The notes below the pieces were generated by a model. The model worked only from the letters and a program-made list of their open reading frames with translations, ran no database searches and had not been told where the DNA came from. The position numbers were made by a program, and so were the translations under genes. 64,000 nt of DNA from Candidatus Hermodarchaeota archaeon (GTDB lineage: Archaea; Asgardarchaeota; Lokiarchaeia; Sigyniarchaeales; SOKP01), in assembly GCA_048885925.1 (NCBI GenBank), contig JBHLLG010000001.1:259105-323104 (forward strand), read 5' to 3'. Positions 11,336-21,681 of the stretch are shown piece after piece. The first letter of the stretch is position 1, and each line of letters opens with the position of its first letter.

Positions 11336-11455
11336 TGGCTCCTGTCAATCCCCTGGATTTTTGTCTTTTGGTTGTGTAATTAATTACACATAGGAATAAC
11401 CTACTCTGCCTTTTGAAAATTTTTGCCTTATATTAAGGCTTTTTGGCAGGAGCCA
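11336..11455 (+). ncRNA. Putative structured ncRNA, copy 1 (unknown family)
   Basis: Closing stem TGGCTCCTGTCAA/TTGGCAGGAGCCA, internal hairpins, and a 22-nt core identical to the element at 47540-47672. Confidence 0.55.
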
Positions 11456-11516
11456 CCTTTTATCAATTTCTGAACAGAGTTATTTACTTTTACTTTCCTT
11501 TATAAAAGGAGTTAGT

Positions 11517-12362
11517 TCAAAGTAATAAGAATATCTCAATCAAAAACAAATCTAAATTTAAATCTTTTAATAATTTCATATTATTATAGATGTATGTGTA
11601 AATATTTTCGTCGCTGAAATATTTAAAGCATAAACTTTTACCTTTTACTTCTTTTATAATTTTGACTATATTAGAGAGAATTAACTTCAAATTTTTTATA
11701 ACAAAATCCCTGTCACTCTTAATTAAGTTTATATCTATAATATTAAACCAATTTTCTTTACTGAAAGTTATATTCTCGAGTTCAGGATTTTTAATAAAAT
11801 CTTGTTTAGTTTTAAATTCAATACAGAACTCCTCTATTTTATTAAGAATTATATTTTTCGATTTGGTATACATTTTATTCTCAATAACATTTCTTAACAT
11901 TATTAGAATTTTTTGGAAGATACCTAAAGTATCAAAAAAATCTGCTACTTGTTCTAAATTTTCTACTTCTACCCATTGATTATAATAATCTTCAAGTTCA
12001 TTAAGAAATGGTAAAAAAACATTAATATCTCCGTCCCAACTTTTACCTTTTTTTATCCAGACAGGTTCATACTGTTTTATAAAGGAATTTTTAATTACAT
12101 TAAGTCTGCTTAATAAAAGCTCAGTCTTTATATGTTTTGTATCAGCTGCCACAAAAAGTAATTTAAATTTATCTTCTAGTATATAAACCCATCTTAAACC
12201 CCCCATCTCTATAGAGTCCAACGATTCTTTAAATTCCACCATTGAAAAATGGTGAAATGCCGTTAAAAAACCAGAAACTATATCCTCATCTGCATCTGTT
12301 TTCAAAAAGGATTTATATAATAATTTAATCCCTGATTCAGCATCCATTATCCAGATGAGCAA
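11517..12362 (-). CDS. Longin-like domain protein (Asgard eukaryotic-signature type)
   Basis: N-terminal IMDAESGIKLLY...IVSGFLTAF...SIEMGG pattern typical of Asgard longin-like proteins. Confidence 0.65.
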   Translation of the reverse strand: MLIWIMDAESGIKLLYKSFLKTDADEDIVSGFLTAFHHFSMVEFKESLDSIEMGGLRWVYILEDKFKLLFVAADTKHIKTELLLSRLNVIKNSFIKQYEPVWIKKGKSWDGDINVFLPFLNELEDYYNQWVEVENLEQVADFFDTLGIFQKILIMLRNVIENKMYTKSKNIILNKIEEFCIEFKTKQDFIKNPELENITFSKENWFNIIDINLIKSDRDFVIKNLKLILSNIVKIIKEVKGKSLCFKYFSDENIYTYIYNNMKLLKDLNLDLFLIEIFLLL

Positions 12363-12581
12363 AAAAATCCCTTATGTGTGGATATTTTTAGTATCTTATA
12401 TGAAATAATAAATTCTCTATAAGAGAAAATAAATATATTAATCTTATAAATTATTTCAAACAATATTTATGATATTACGTAAGCATACAAATATTAAACC
12501 TTCAGAAGAAAAATAATCAAATTAAAATACTTAAATTAAAAATCAAATATAGAACATCAGATAGAGAAATCACAATTAGAA

Positions 12582-12824
12582 TTATAAATCAAAGTCTTTT
12601 TCTAAGGATTTGAAAAATCGCTTGCGGGTTTTTTTATCTTTTAATTCGTTAAAAGCATCCACTAATTCGTGTAGATCTTCTTCTGCTAATATATCTTCCT
12701 CATCAATATTACTATCAAGTGTCTCTTTAAAAAATGTTAATCCACATTGTGTACACTCTAAAAGATCTTCATACTCCATAATATTTTCCGATTTACACTG
12801 AGGACAGTAATACTTTTTAGGCAT
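12582..12824 (-). CDS. Small TFIIB-type Zn-ribbon protein with acidic tail, paralog A
   Basis: CPQC...CTQC; clear paralog at 27313-27555. Confidence 0.8.
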   Translation of the reverse strand: MPKKYYCPQCKSENIMEYEDLLECTQCGLTFFKETLDSNIDEEDILAEEDLHELVDAFNELKDKKTRKRFFKSLEKDFDL

Positions 12825-13021
12825 TTTGGTAGTGAAAAATATACAAAAATGGATTATTATTAATATTATTGCAACTTAAAATATAAACCTATCATTGGAA
12901 ATTATACCCAAAATATAAAGGGGAAAAAAATGGGAATTCTTACTATATTAGAACTATTGATCGATATAAGCTTAATTTTATTCTTTTTTCAAAGGATAGT
13001 ATCATAAAGATTCTAATTATT

Positions 13022-13570
13022 TTATTTATCTTTTTTAAAACATGGAATAAGAAAAGGAACTTTTTTCTTATAATCTATATAATTTTCACCAAATCGCTGA
13101 ATTAATTCCTTTTCTTCATAAAATAAAATTGCAATCAACATTGGATTATAAATAAATGTCATTAATACTAATGGAATAAGATCAAAAATAAGACTTACTC
13201 CAGGTAAAATGAATATAAAGCCTAATGTGATTGGATGACGACAAATAGAAAAAGCTCCACTTTTTATTAAAGTAGAATATTCAAGACTCTTTCCAATTTC
13301 CTGTCCACTTGCACGAGCTCTAGTTATTGAAGTTAAACCCCAAGTGAAAAAATAAAGTCCCCCAATAGTTAATAAGTAGCCCAAAATCAATTCAGCTAAT
13401 CGTAATGGAAAAGAAACATCATATCTAGGGAAAAACAACCACGGAAGCTCGAATAAGAACCATAAGTATATCATAATGCCTAATATTATAAAAAATAACA
13501 CATTTGGGAATATTACTATTATAAATCGAGAACTTTTCTTTTTGCCCTGAGAATAGTTTTTATCAGTCAC
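13022..13570 (-). CDS. Isoprenylcysteine carboxylmethyltransferase/PEMT family membrane protein
   Basis: LIKSGAFSICRHP, EEKELIQRFGENYIDYKKKVP. Confidence 0.85.
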   Translation of the reverse strand: MTDKNYSQGKKKSSRFIIVIFPNVLFFIILGIMIYLWFLFELPWLFFPRYDVSFPLRLAELILGYLLTIGGLYFFTWGLTSITRARASGQEIGKSLEYSTLIKSGAFSICRHPITLGFIFILPGVSLIFDLIPLVLMTFIYNPMLIAILFYEEKELIQRFGENYIDYKKKVPFLIPCFKKDK

Positions 13571-13804
13571 AGTTCACTCATGACTTTAACTATTTGAATA
13601 TATTTTGTTACATCTTTCATATTTAAATAGTTGTCTTAGTTCTATAGTAAAAACTACACAAGCACAAAAAGAAATGAAAAATATAAAGTAGATTTAAGAT
13701 TTAGAGTTTTATTAATTTAGAGTTTACAAACTCTATTTTATAATATTAAATTTAGATAATTTACAAGTCAAATAGTTAAATTTTACTCTTTAATTATCTT
13801 TACT

Positions 13805-14200
13805 ATGGATAAACTTGAAAAGATCTTTTTAGAAATAAAAAGAATTTTAGAAAAAAACTCGAGTTCTTTTTTAATAAAGAATCAATATATTGGTTCTCAA
13901 GCAAAACAGCAAAAACCGGGGTATCATTTGTATGGAAGGAAGGAAGTTACTTTATTTGGAAAAAAACCACAAAATACTTATATCGCAGGAGTAATACAAC
14001 AAAAAAATTATGTCAGCTTTTATTTCTCCCCTATTTATTCACACCCTGATTTATTCACAGATATTAGTCTAGATCTTAAAAAATTTTTAAAAGGAAAGTC
14101 TTGTTTTAATATAAATAAAACTACTCCTCAACTTTTGAGGGAAATTGAAGATATATTGAAAAAAGGAATAGGCAAATACAAGAAAATCAAATGGGTATAA
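13805..14200 (+). CDS. DUF1801-like protein
   Basis: QKNYVSFY...LKGKSCFN. Confidence 0.65.
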   Translation: MDKLEKIFLEIKRILEKNSSSFLIKNQYIGSQAKQQKPGYHLYGRKEVTLFGKKPQNTYIAGVIQQKNYVSFYFSPIYSHPDLFTDISLDLKKFLKGKSCFNINKTTPQLLREIEDILKKGIGKYKKIKWV

Positions 14201-14420
14201 ATTTAAAAGAAAAAGAATTGTTTTCCTTAATTTAAGATAATTTGATTAAAAATAATATGAATATCTAAATGAAAACTAATGATTTGAAAATTAAAAGATT
14301 ACATGAAAAGTATTAAATTTGCGATATAAAATAGGATCCTTATTTATATTAATTAAGGTTTTATAAAAAAAATTTTTTATCATCAAATTCGCCTTATTAT
14401 TTTTCTAAAATTTGTTTTTC

Positions 14421-14810
14421 TTAGTTTAATTCAATTATTATCCTTAACATAATATAGATTATAACAGGCATAAAGGGAAGTATTAAAACAAAAATCACTA
14501 GACCTATTGGACCAATGACCAACGTGCTTAGCGGAATCCACCACCATAAATACCATCTCTCAGAAACAATTGAAATTGATAAAACACAACCTATTACGCC
14601 TCCAAGAATTAATAAAAAAATCAGAGGTTTTTTATGCAATAAATACCAATAATACTTCCCTATCAAACTTTTCTTGGTGCATACTCTTTTTCTTTTTTCT
14701 AAACTAAATAAAGTCTCTTCTTCTTGCCCATATTTATTAAATCTCTCATTTATTTCTAGATCATCGACTAAAATAGAAATATGATTTTTTGAATTGCTTA
14801 TATTTGCCAC
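14421..14810 (-). CDS. Hypothetical membrane protein
   Basis: ORF with two C-terminal hydrophobic helices. Confidence 0.5.
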   Translation of the reverse strand: MANISNSKNHISILVDDLEINERFNKYGQEEETLFSLEKRKRVCTKKSLIGKYYWYLLHKKPLIFLLILGGVIGCVLSISIVSERWYLWWWIPLSTLVIGPIGLVIFVLILPFMPVIIYIMLRIIIELN

Positions 14811-14952
14811 CTCGTTTTTTCATATAATTTTTTAGGAAATTAATTTGTGCGTGTTTTTTTTGAATTAAATTTTATATGTCTATCTATTCAACCATATTGG
14901 GAAATCCAAAAAAAAATAAAAAAATATATTTTTAAAATTAAATTATATAATT

Positions 14953-15288
14953 TCATTCAATTGTTTTAGTAGCTTCACTTACCATCAAGTTTCTTTCTAG
15001 TGCCTTATTCCCAGCGACTTTTACAACGACAGCTCCTATGAGTAATGGCACGAATATAATTAATTTATCCTTAGCAAGTGTCCAATAACCCTCAGCAATA
15101 GCTTGTTGAACCCTTGGATCGTCCATGTAATAGCCATAAATAGATTCTAAATAGTCTATATATTCGGTAAATTCTACCATATCACTTATCATGATAAAGA
15201 GAAATATAAAACCTATCAAGGCGAGGATTCCTGCTATCACATTAATCGCTAATTTTCCTTTTCTTATTTCTTCTCTTTCCATTTTCAC
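14953..15288 (-). CDS. Hypothetical membrane protein (2 TM)
   Basis: GGAGG Shine-Dalgarno upstream; two hydrophobic segments. Confidence 0.7.
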   Translation of the reverse strand: MKMEREEIRKGKLAINVIAGILALIGFIFLFIMISDMVEFTEYIDYLESIYGYYMDDPRVQQAIAEGYWTLAKDKLIIFVPLLIGAVVVKVAGNKALERNLMVSEATKTIE

Positions 15289-15536
15289 ATCAACCTCCTT
15301 TTTTATTAAATATTTTTATTTGAGTTTTTTTTAATTTTAATAAATGTAAACTTCTTTATTTAGTTCTTTATGTAGAACTTTTTGCGAAGTTCGAAGAGGA
15401 AAGTTAGGTAAGAATATATTAAAAAGTATTTTTATATTTCAATATTTTGGTAGCAGAAATGAAATCCGACATTCTCAAGGCATTTTTTGGATTCAATTCA
15501 ATTTTTAAAAAAAGTAAAAAAATTTAATTAAGTTAG

Positions 15537-16031
15537 TTAATCACGTTCCATAAAGACAGAGAGTATACCGAAAGCTCCCCCCGCGAGTATTAAATATACA
15601 CCTAATGCTAAATCTCCTAAATTTACGAGAACTGGAAAAAAATCGCCAAATTGTTCTCCTAAAAATACATTAGCAAAAAAAGCAGATTTAATTCCTAGAA
15701 AGTCAGTATATGCTAAAAATATGAACAATAGTCCTACTCCAAGAGGAAAGAGTGAAAATATGAAACTAACAGCTCTACTTTCTATACTAAGCATTTGTAA
15801 AACTCCAGCGCCAAGAAAGATGATAAACAGTACTAAGTATACGTAATAAAGCGCAACTGGAGTGCTTAATAAAGCGGCTATAGTATCAGCTTCCGTGAAT
15901 AAGTCAGGTATATTCATAATAAAGCCAATACCGGATCCAACACTACCTGTAACCCCATAAAGAGCAAAAACATAAGTCCCTACAAGAGTTAATAAGCCTC
16001 CTAAAAACGCAAAAACTTTTCCTGCACTCAT
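15537..16031 (-). CDS. Hypothetical membrane protein (about 4 TM)
   Basis: Hydrophobic Gly-rich ORF with a TATA-like element upstream. Confidence 0.75.
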   Translation of the reverse strand: MSAGKVFAFLGGLLTLVGTYVFALYGVTGSVGSGIGFIMNIPDLFTEADTIAALLSTPVALYYVYLVLFIIFLGAGVLQMLSIESRAVSFIFSLFPLGVGLLFIFLAYTDFLGIKSAFFANVFLGEQFGDFFPVLVNLGDLALGVYLILAGGAFGILSVFMERD

Positions 16032-16357
16032 AGTTTTATACCTTTATAAAAATTCAAACAATTAATTAATAATTAAAGCATTGTTAGGAGTAATTTAACT
16101 TGATAATATTTAAAAATTTAGTTATTTACATAGTTTCCAATAGTGTATAATATCGGCTTTCTATAAAAAATAAATACCATTCGTTCAATTAAATTATTTA
16201 ATAATAACTGCATATGATATTTAGGTCTATCTTCTGAATTACAAAAAAAAGAAGATCTGTTAAGGGGAAAATTCTTTTTCTTTTTCATTCTTTTTTTTAA
16301 AAAGTTGATATTTTATTTAGGGTATTTAAATTCTTACCAATTAGAATCTTAAAGAAA

Positions 16358-19270
16358 TTAATGAGAATGGTTTAATTTTTCTTTTTTTATTTTTTCCAGC
16401 TGTCGATTGGTGATAACGAGTGCCACTCCCGGAACTAGAATAAATGTAACAGTTAAAGGAATGGCAGGTGCTATATCGAGATTCTTCTTTACGAGAATGA
16501 TACCTTGATAGAATGTCATATTTTCGATACTAGCAACTTGAAACCCATCATCAAGAAAAATTTCAATGCGATAATTTCCTTCAACAAGAGGATAATAATC
16601 TAGCGTAAACATACTAAATTTGGTTGATTTGTTATGGGAAAAATATTCAAGTGAATCAAAGATATTCTCTATAAATACTTGAATATAAGCACTTCCGTAT
16701 GTTAATTCATGGCGAGATACATTACCAGAAATTAACGAACTGTTGATCTGCATGTGAATTATATATTCTTCAAGTTCAATTGATACTTTCTTTTCTAATT
16801 CATAGGTGGTTGTAAACGAGAGGGGATACTCTGCTTTAAGTATGCTTCCTTCATAGGCACAGAGCTTTCCAGAAATTACAGGATAATTTTCGGGAAGAAG
16901 TGGAATTAAAATTTCTTGGGAATAGGTATTATTAGCTCCTTTAATGAAAGCAAAAGTTCCTAATTGATCACATTCAAACTTAAAGGTTATATAGGTACCA
17001 AAATCACGTAATATTAGGTTTTGAAGGGACGCACTCATTTTATTAGAGCCTCCAATGTATGCCTCGTGGTCATAGATGGCGTTAATTTTAATTTCGCTAT
17101 TCCTTGCCATCTCGCAGATCCATAAGAATGCTTCTTGATTAATTGTAGTTCTATCAGTGGTTTCATAAAATTCTTTAAGCTCATTATCATAAAGCGTGTG
17201 GACTAAATTCTGAACTTTTAAAGTATTAAACTCAATATCCAAACCCAAAATCTCTGAAATCTTATAACAATAATACACATTTTCAATATTATTGTAATTT
17301 AGATTAGCAAGCACGAAATTCTTGATTTTATTGGTGTTCTTTATATACATATCTAATGTTTTAAGTAAATATATCATATAATAGGTATTTCGTAAGGTAA
17401 TTTCAAGATCATTAGTATATTTAGGATTAAAATAAAGTGTTGTTGGCGTTTCGATTATATTCCGATCAATAAAGCCAAATAGAGCATTTTTATCAAATCC
17501 TAAAGTAGTAAGCTCTCCCAAATCTAAATACTTTTCTAACAGTTCCAGACATTTAATTGCGTAATAGGAATTCTCCAAAAAGATTTTATTACTTAGATAC
17601 TCAGATTGACTTTCCTGAAAATATGGTAAAAAAGTAAATCCACCATAGCTCTCGTAATAGGAATCATTTAGAAATTGAGTAGCAATAATGTCATTCATTA
17701 ATTTTTGAAGGTCAAATTGAGAGGCAAAATCGTCCAGCTTAAATAAAGTCCTTAATATATCAAGGGCTAAAAATGTGGATTTATGAGAGCTTAGTCGAGC
17801 AATACGGTCTACAAAATAAGAAAAGTATTCCACAGGATAAGAACGAAGTAACAGAAATTCCCGTGATTTTTCTAAATATCCACTAAAAAAATTGGCAATT
17901 GGCTGAGTTTGAGTATAGAAATAAGAATCTTTAACTTGGGTATACAAAGAAGGAATATTGAGTTCTGACATTCTATCATACAAATCAAACACCAAGACTA
18001 TGGTATGCAATAAATTCATAGAAGTATAATCCTCTGAAACAGAAGAATATCCGTTATAATACCAATAATACATGGTAGAATTCCCTATTTCATCTTTTTC
18101 TTCTAATGTGAGCTGTGATAATTCTTGATAATCATAAAGAGATCTAAGAATTTGAAAGGTATCAATTAATTCATGATGGGGAATAGTGGTTGATCCATCC
18201 CAATTTCCCAAAGCATTCCGATTGCTTAAAAGAAAATTAAAAAGTGCCATATTATCAATAGAAGTAAACCCCGTAATATTGGAAAGATCTAATCCAATCG
18301 AAGTTGCTACAATATTAGAGTAATTTACATTGTAATCCAATTCACTCATCCGAAAATAATCATCATTATAGAGATAATTAAGGAATTGATGAAAATCACT
18401 GGTTCGAATGGTGCCTACCATTCCAAATACTTGCAGTGCTTTGAGGCAATAGTACGAAGCAAGCAAGCTTGGATCGAAATATGGATATAAACTATCAAAT
18501 CTCGTATTCAAATCATTTACAAAACCTCCAGCATTCCATCCTGATCCTCCCGGCAATTGTAGATCATTAATAAATTGAATAATATCATGTCGTTCTGTAG
18601 CATACCCCACCCAGTCATCCATTAATAAATCTAAAGTCTTAACAGCGAAATAAGTATTATCTGCGGTTGCGACTTTAAATTCCTCTTCTAAAGCGGAGTC
18701 ATATGGTTGTCCTATAAATCCACTTGAAACATCATTATAACAACTCCAAATGAAACTAATCATTTCTGGGATATCTATCTCATCTAAAGCATTCAATATC
18801 TCCAAGGAAAGAACGGCATAACAATTGATTTCTAATACCGTAGATAAGGGATAATATTTTTGAGAAAAATCAGCATTTAAATATCGATATGCTAGCTCAT
18901 CCATAAAGATATAGGATTCAGGATCATAATGCGAAATGATATATTCTACAAACCACGATTGATTTATTCCATCGAGTTTATCAAGGGCGTGAAGAATAAA
19001 CAATACATGATAGGCAGCCTGGATGGAAGGTTTATATAGCTGCGAAAAATAGCCTTGACTATAATATTGTGAAATTTTACTATTTATAATATCGTTAATA
19101 TGATCTTTATTATTTGAAGTAGAGAGAAGTGGTACATCTGGGTATTCAGCTTGGACTGGTGTTTCTGTATTTAAAGTATAAGATAAATAAGAATCTTTTT
19201 GAAAAATAACACTATAGCAGAAAAAACCAATAATCAGACCTATAATGATAATATTTTTTCTAATCTTCAT
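16358..19270 (-). CDS. Secreted, C-terminally anchored prenyltransferase/squalene-cyclase-like alpha-toroid protein
   Basis: N-terminal signal, repeated GGF...TY(F/Y)A(V/I)K.L..L units, C-terminal TM with basic tail. Confidence 0.7.
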   Translation of the reverse strand: MKIRKNIIIIGLIIGFFCYSVIFQKDSYLSYTLNTETPVQAEYPDVPLLSTSNNKDHINDIINSKISQYYSQGYFSQLYKPSIQAAYHVLFILHALDKLDGINQSWFVEYIISHYDPESYIFMDELAYRYLNADFSQKYYPLSTVLEINCYAVLSLEILNALDEIDIPEMISFIWSCYNDVSSGFIGQPYDSALEEEFKVATADNTYFAVKTLDLLMDDWVGYATERHDIIQFINDLQLPGGSGWNAGGFVNDLNTRFDSLYPYFDPSLLASYYCLKALQVFGMVGTIRTSDFHQFLNYLYNDDYFRMSELDYNVNYSNIVATSIGLDLSNITGFTSIDNMALFNFLLSNRNALGNWDGSTTIPHHELIDTFQILRSLYDYQELSQLTLEEKDEIGNSTMYYWYYNGYSSVSEDYTSMNLLHTIVLVFDLYDRMSELNIPSLYTQVKDSYFYTQTQPIANFFSGYLEKSREFLLLRSYPVEYFSYFVDRIARLSSHKSTFLALDILRTLFKLDDFASQFDLQKLMNDIIATQFLNDSYYESYGGFTFLPYFQESQSEYLSNKIFLENSYYAIKCLELLEKYLDLGELTTLGFDKNALFGFIDRNIIETPTTLYFNPKYTNDLEITLRNTYYMIYLLKTLDMYIKNTNKIKNFVLANLNYNNIENVYYCYKISEILGLDIEFNTLKVQNLVHTLYDNELKEFYETTDRTTINQEAFLWICEMARNSEIKINAIYDHEAYIGGSNKMSASLQNLILRDFGTYITFKFECDQLGTFAFIKGANNTYSQEILIPLLPENYPVISGKLCAYEGSILKAEYPLSFTTTYELEKKVSIELEEYIIHMQINSSLISGNVSRHELTYGSAYIQVFIENIFDSLEYFSHNKSTKFSMFTLDYYPLVEGNYRIEIFLDDGFQVASIENMTFYQGIILVKKNLDIAPAIPLTVTFILVPGVALVITNRQLEKIKKEKLNHSH

Positions 19271-19425
19271 ATCAGAACCAAAATATGTTTAATCTTAATC
19301 TTATATTGTAATTATTTAAATGAAAAATCAAAAAATCAGGATAAAAAAGAAATTTTATGAAAAAAATAAGAATTCAATAATAAAAAATGAATTAATTTCG
19401 AGTCATACCTCGAAATAAATTTACC

Positions 19426-19884
19426 ATGTCCTTATCTCAAGACTTATTATTTGTCTCCAATGCTTTTATGCATATTTCTATTTGAAATGCCTGTTAACCT
19501 GATTAAGTGAACATTTTCTTTGATATTTTAAGTAAAATCTATGGTTCTGCCACTTCTGAAATAATGTACCTTTTTTATTTAATTAATAAATTTAAACGAG
19601 AATTTCGGGAAGATACAGTTGTATAGATTCAATCAATACTCAGTGCTATCGAACCTCCAGTTAGTATTGATGCGCTATTTAGAACGCTCGGAGCTTTTAT
19701 ATTATGGCGAATTATTGGTAAATATTGGGAAAAAAATCTAGAATTACGATTAAATCTTAATGGAGATATGATACGGAATAAAAATTATAAATTTTATATA
19801 TCGGTATTGATATCTAAACTTCTTAAAACTACATTAAAACAAAAAATTGTAAATGAATTTAACTCATTTTTAGAAAGATTCTAA
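19426..19884 (+). pseudogene. Possible decayed ORF
   Basis: Single frame from ATG 19426 to TAA 19884 with four in-frame stops; last 85 codons open. Confidence 0.3.
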
Positions 19885-19892
19885 TTTTTTTT

Positions 19893-20432
19893 TTAATCAT
19901 TATCTTCCTTTTTTTGAGCCTTGGTCTCTCTATATTTAAGATACCTTCTTTTTAGAATCATTATTAACAGGTAATAAAAAGCACTGGTTCCGATGATAAT
20001 TAATATTATAAGTATAATAGAACCAACTACATAATAGGGTGGGTATGTCAAGATTGTAAATAGATTGACTTTAAATGAAACGAAAGTGATATAGGTAAAT
20101 AAAGTAATTAACCCTAATAAAGGAATGAATTTCGCTATTAAAATAAGGAACGCTCTAAAGTAATATTTAAACCAGATCCATCTTTTCTTGAGTGAAGATC
20201 TAATTCGATTCTGGAGTGGTTCTAAATACCTCACAGGCTTATGCCTTTCTGTTGGTAATTTATCCGTTAGTCTTGGCACTTCTTTAGCTAATTCTAAAAT
20301 ATGTTCTTGAATTATTTGAAGTTCCTTCATAAATGGTTTAATTTGTTCAAAATCTTCTCCCTTTGTCAATTGTTCCAATTGCTCTTGATGGTTTTTAAGA
20401 AATCGTTTATACTTGTTTTTCAACCTTGTCAT
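19893..20432 (-). CDS. Hypothetical coiled-coil plus 2-TM membrane protein
   Basis: ORF with TATA about 23 nt upstream. Confidence 0.75.
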   Translation of the reverse strand: MTRLKNKYKRFLKNHQEQLEQLTKGEDFEQIKPFMKELQIIQEHILELAKEVPRLTDKLPTERHKPVRYLEPLQNRIRSSLKKRWIWFKYYFRAFLILIAKFIPLLGLITLFTYITFVSFKVNLFTILTYPPYYVVGSIILIILIIIGTSAFYYLLIMILKRRYLKYRETKAQKKEDND

Positions 20433-20454
20433 ACATATATATTATTCATACGGC

Positions 20455-20505
20455 TATTTAAAAAGAAAATAAAAAAAAAACTACTATTGTCTTTTTTTTT
20501 AAATA
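20455..20505. promoter_or_regulatory. Back-to-back T-tract/TTTAAATA promoters
   Basis: Minus-strand TTTAAATA at 20455-20462 and plus-strand TTTAAATA at 20498-20505, each preceded by a T run, between divergent genes. Confidence 0.6.
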
Positions 20506-20551
20506 GAATTGGATCTTATTATTTTAAATCAATACCAAACAATGAACAAAA

Positions 20552-21220
20552 ATGACAGATAATCACAGTTATAGTTTTTTTGGACAGAAAGTAGGCTTGA
20601 TTATTCAAAGTTCTGCGAAAATAGATCCTTACATGTTTTTCAGGCTTATTAGAAACAAGAATGACGGATCATGGGAGAAACCAAGCAGCGGAGAAGGGAA
20701 AGTTATTAAATTTTCATTAGAAGAAATGATCCATATTATCCAGGTGCTAAAAAAAGAAGTTGATTCTTGGTCAAGTTATCATACCTTTAAGGATACGAAA
20801 ACGCAAATCGCTTTTAAATGGGAAAATGGAGAGAAGAAAAAGCTATGGATCCATATTGATAAATATTCCAAGATGTTAGATTATGCCCAATTTACGATAT
20901 TAGAGATGCTCATGAGTCACATCTTGACAGAAAAGATAGAGTTTGCTACTAAATTGAGTACAAAAGAAAATAATGGCACTTACATTGTTGAAACACGAGA
21001 AGGTATATCCAAAAATACGAAAGATACATTAAAAGTAATAAAAATTTCTGGAATTATCAAAGGAGTCTCATCAAAAGCGTTATTAATTGAGTTCCCAAAC
21101 GAGCAAGAAGTATGGATACCGAAATCCACTATAAGTTCCAATTATATTGAAGATCAAAAGGATTCTCAATCGTTTAATATTCAAACGTGGATCTTAGAAA
21201 AAAACAAAATAACCATATAA
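20552..21220 (+). CDS. Putative ssDNA-binding protein (PC4/Whirly-like N-terminus, small beta-barrel C-terminus)
   Basis: Repeated beta-beta-beta-helix pattern (GSWEKPS..IKFSLEEM; KMLDYAQF); C-terminal SKALLIEF..EVWIPKS. Confidence 0.45.
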   Translation: MTDNHSYSFFGQKVGLIIQSSAKIDPYMFFRLIRNKNDGSWEKPSSGEGKVIKFSLEEMIHIIQVLKKEVDSWSSYHTFKDTKTQIAFKWENGEKKKLWIHIDKYSKMLDYAQFTILEMLMSHILTEKIEFATKLSTKENNGTYIVETREGISKNTKDTLKVIKISGIIKGVSSKALLIEFPNEQEVWIPKSTISSNYIEDQKDSQSFNIQTWILEKNKITI

Positions 21221-21265
21221 TCTAAATGTAATCAATAGTATTTATTGTATAACACTAAAATGAAA

Positions 21266-21658
21266 TCACATAGCGGGAGGGGCAGTCATAAAGTATTTAC
21301 CTGGAAAAATAATAATCAAGAAAAATGCAAATAATGCAACATATATAATAATATAAAAGAGTTGTTTATATGAGAAGAGTCTCGATTTTTCTTTATATTG
21401 CAAAACATTTTTTCCAAGATTTATAAATATGAGAGCTAAAAAAAAGAAAAAAGATGAAAAGATTACTAAATTATAAAAGACATAGTCCACAAAGTAGAAA
21501 TACGCAGAGCTAGTCCATTTATTAAAATAATAAATTACAAAAAAGGAACTTATCGGAATTATTGCAATTGCTAAAAAAATTAAGCCCCCAATAAGATAAA
21601 GTATACTTTGAATTCTTTTCTCCATAGTCTTTTCAAGAAGAATATTAAGATAATTCAC
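21266..21658 (-). CDS. Hypothetical membrane protein (3 TM)
   Basis: Hydrophobic ORF. Confidence 0.6.
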   Translation of the reverse strand: MNYLNILLEKTMEKRIQSILYLIGGLIFLAIAIIPISSFFVIYYFNKWTSSAYFYFVDYVFYNLVIFSSFFFFLALIFINLGKNVLQYKEKSRLFSYKQLFYIIIYVALFAFFLIIIFPGKYFMTAPPAM

Positions 21659-21681
21659 TATATAATTTTTTATGTATATCT

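Noticed and set aside
11336-11455. SECIS element, riboswitch or simple terminator reading of the structured element
   Set aside because: No AUGA/GA quartet or nearby in-frame TGA gene, no known aptamer consensus recognised, and too complex and conserved for a terminator
19624-19626. In-frame TAG as pyrrolysine read-through
   Set aside because: The same frame also has TAA and TGA stops, and no pyl genes are in the window
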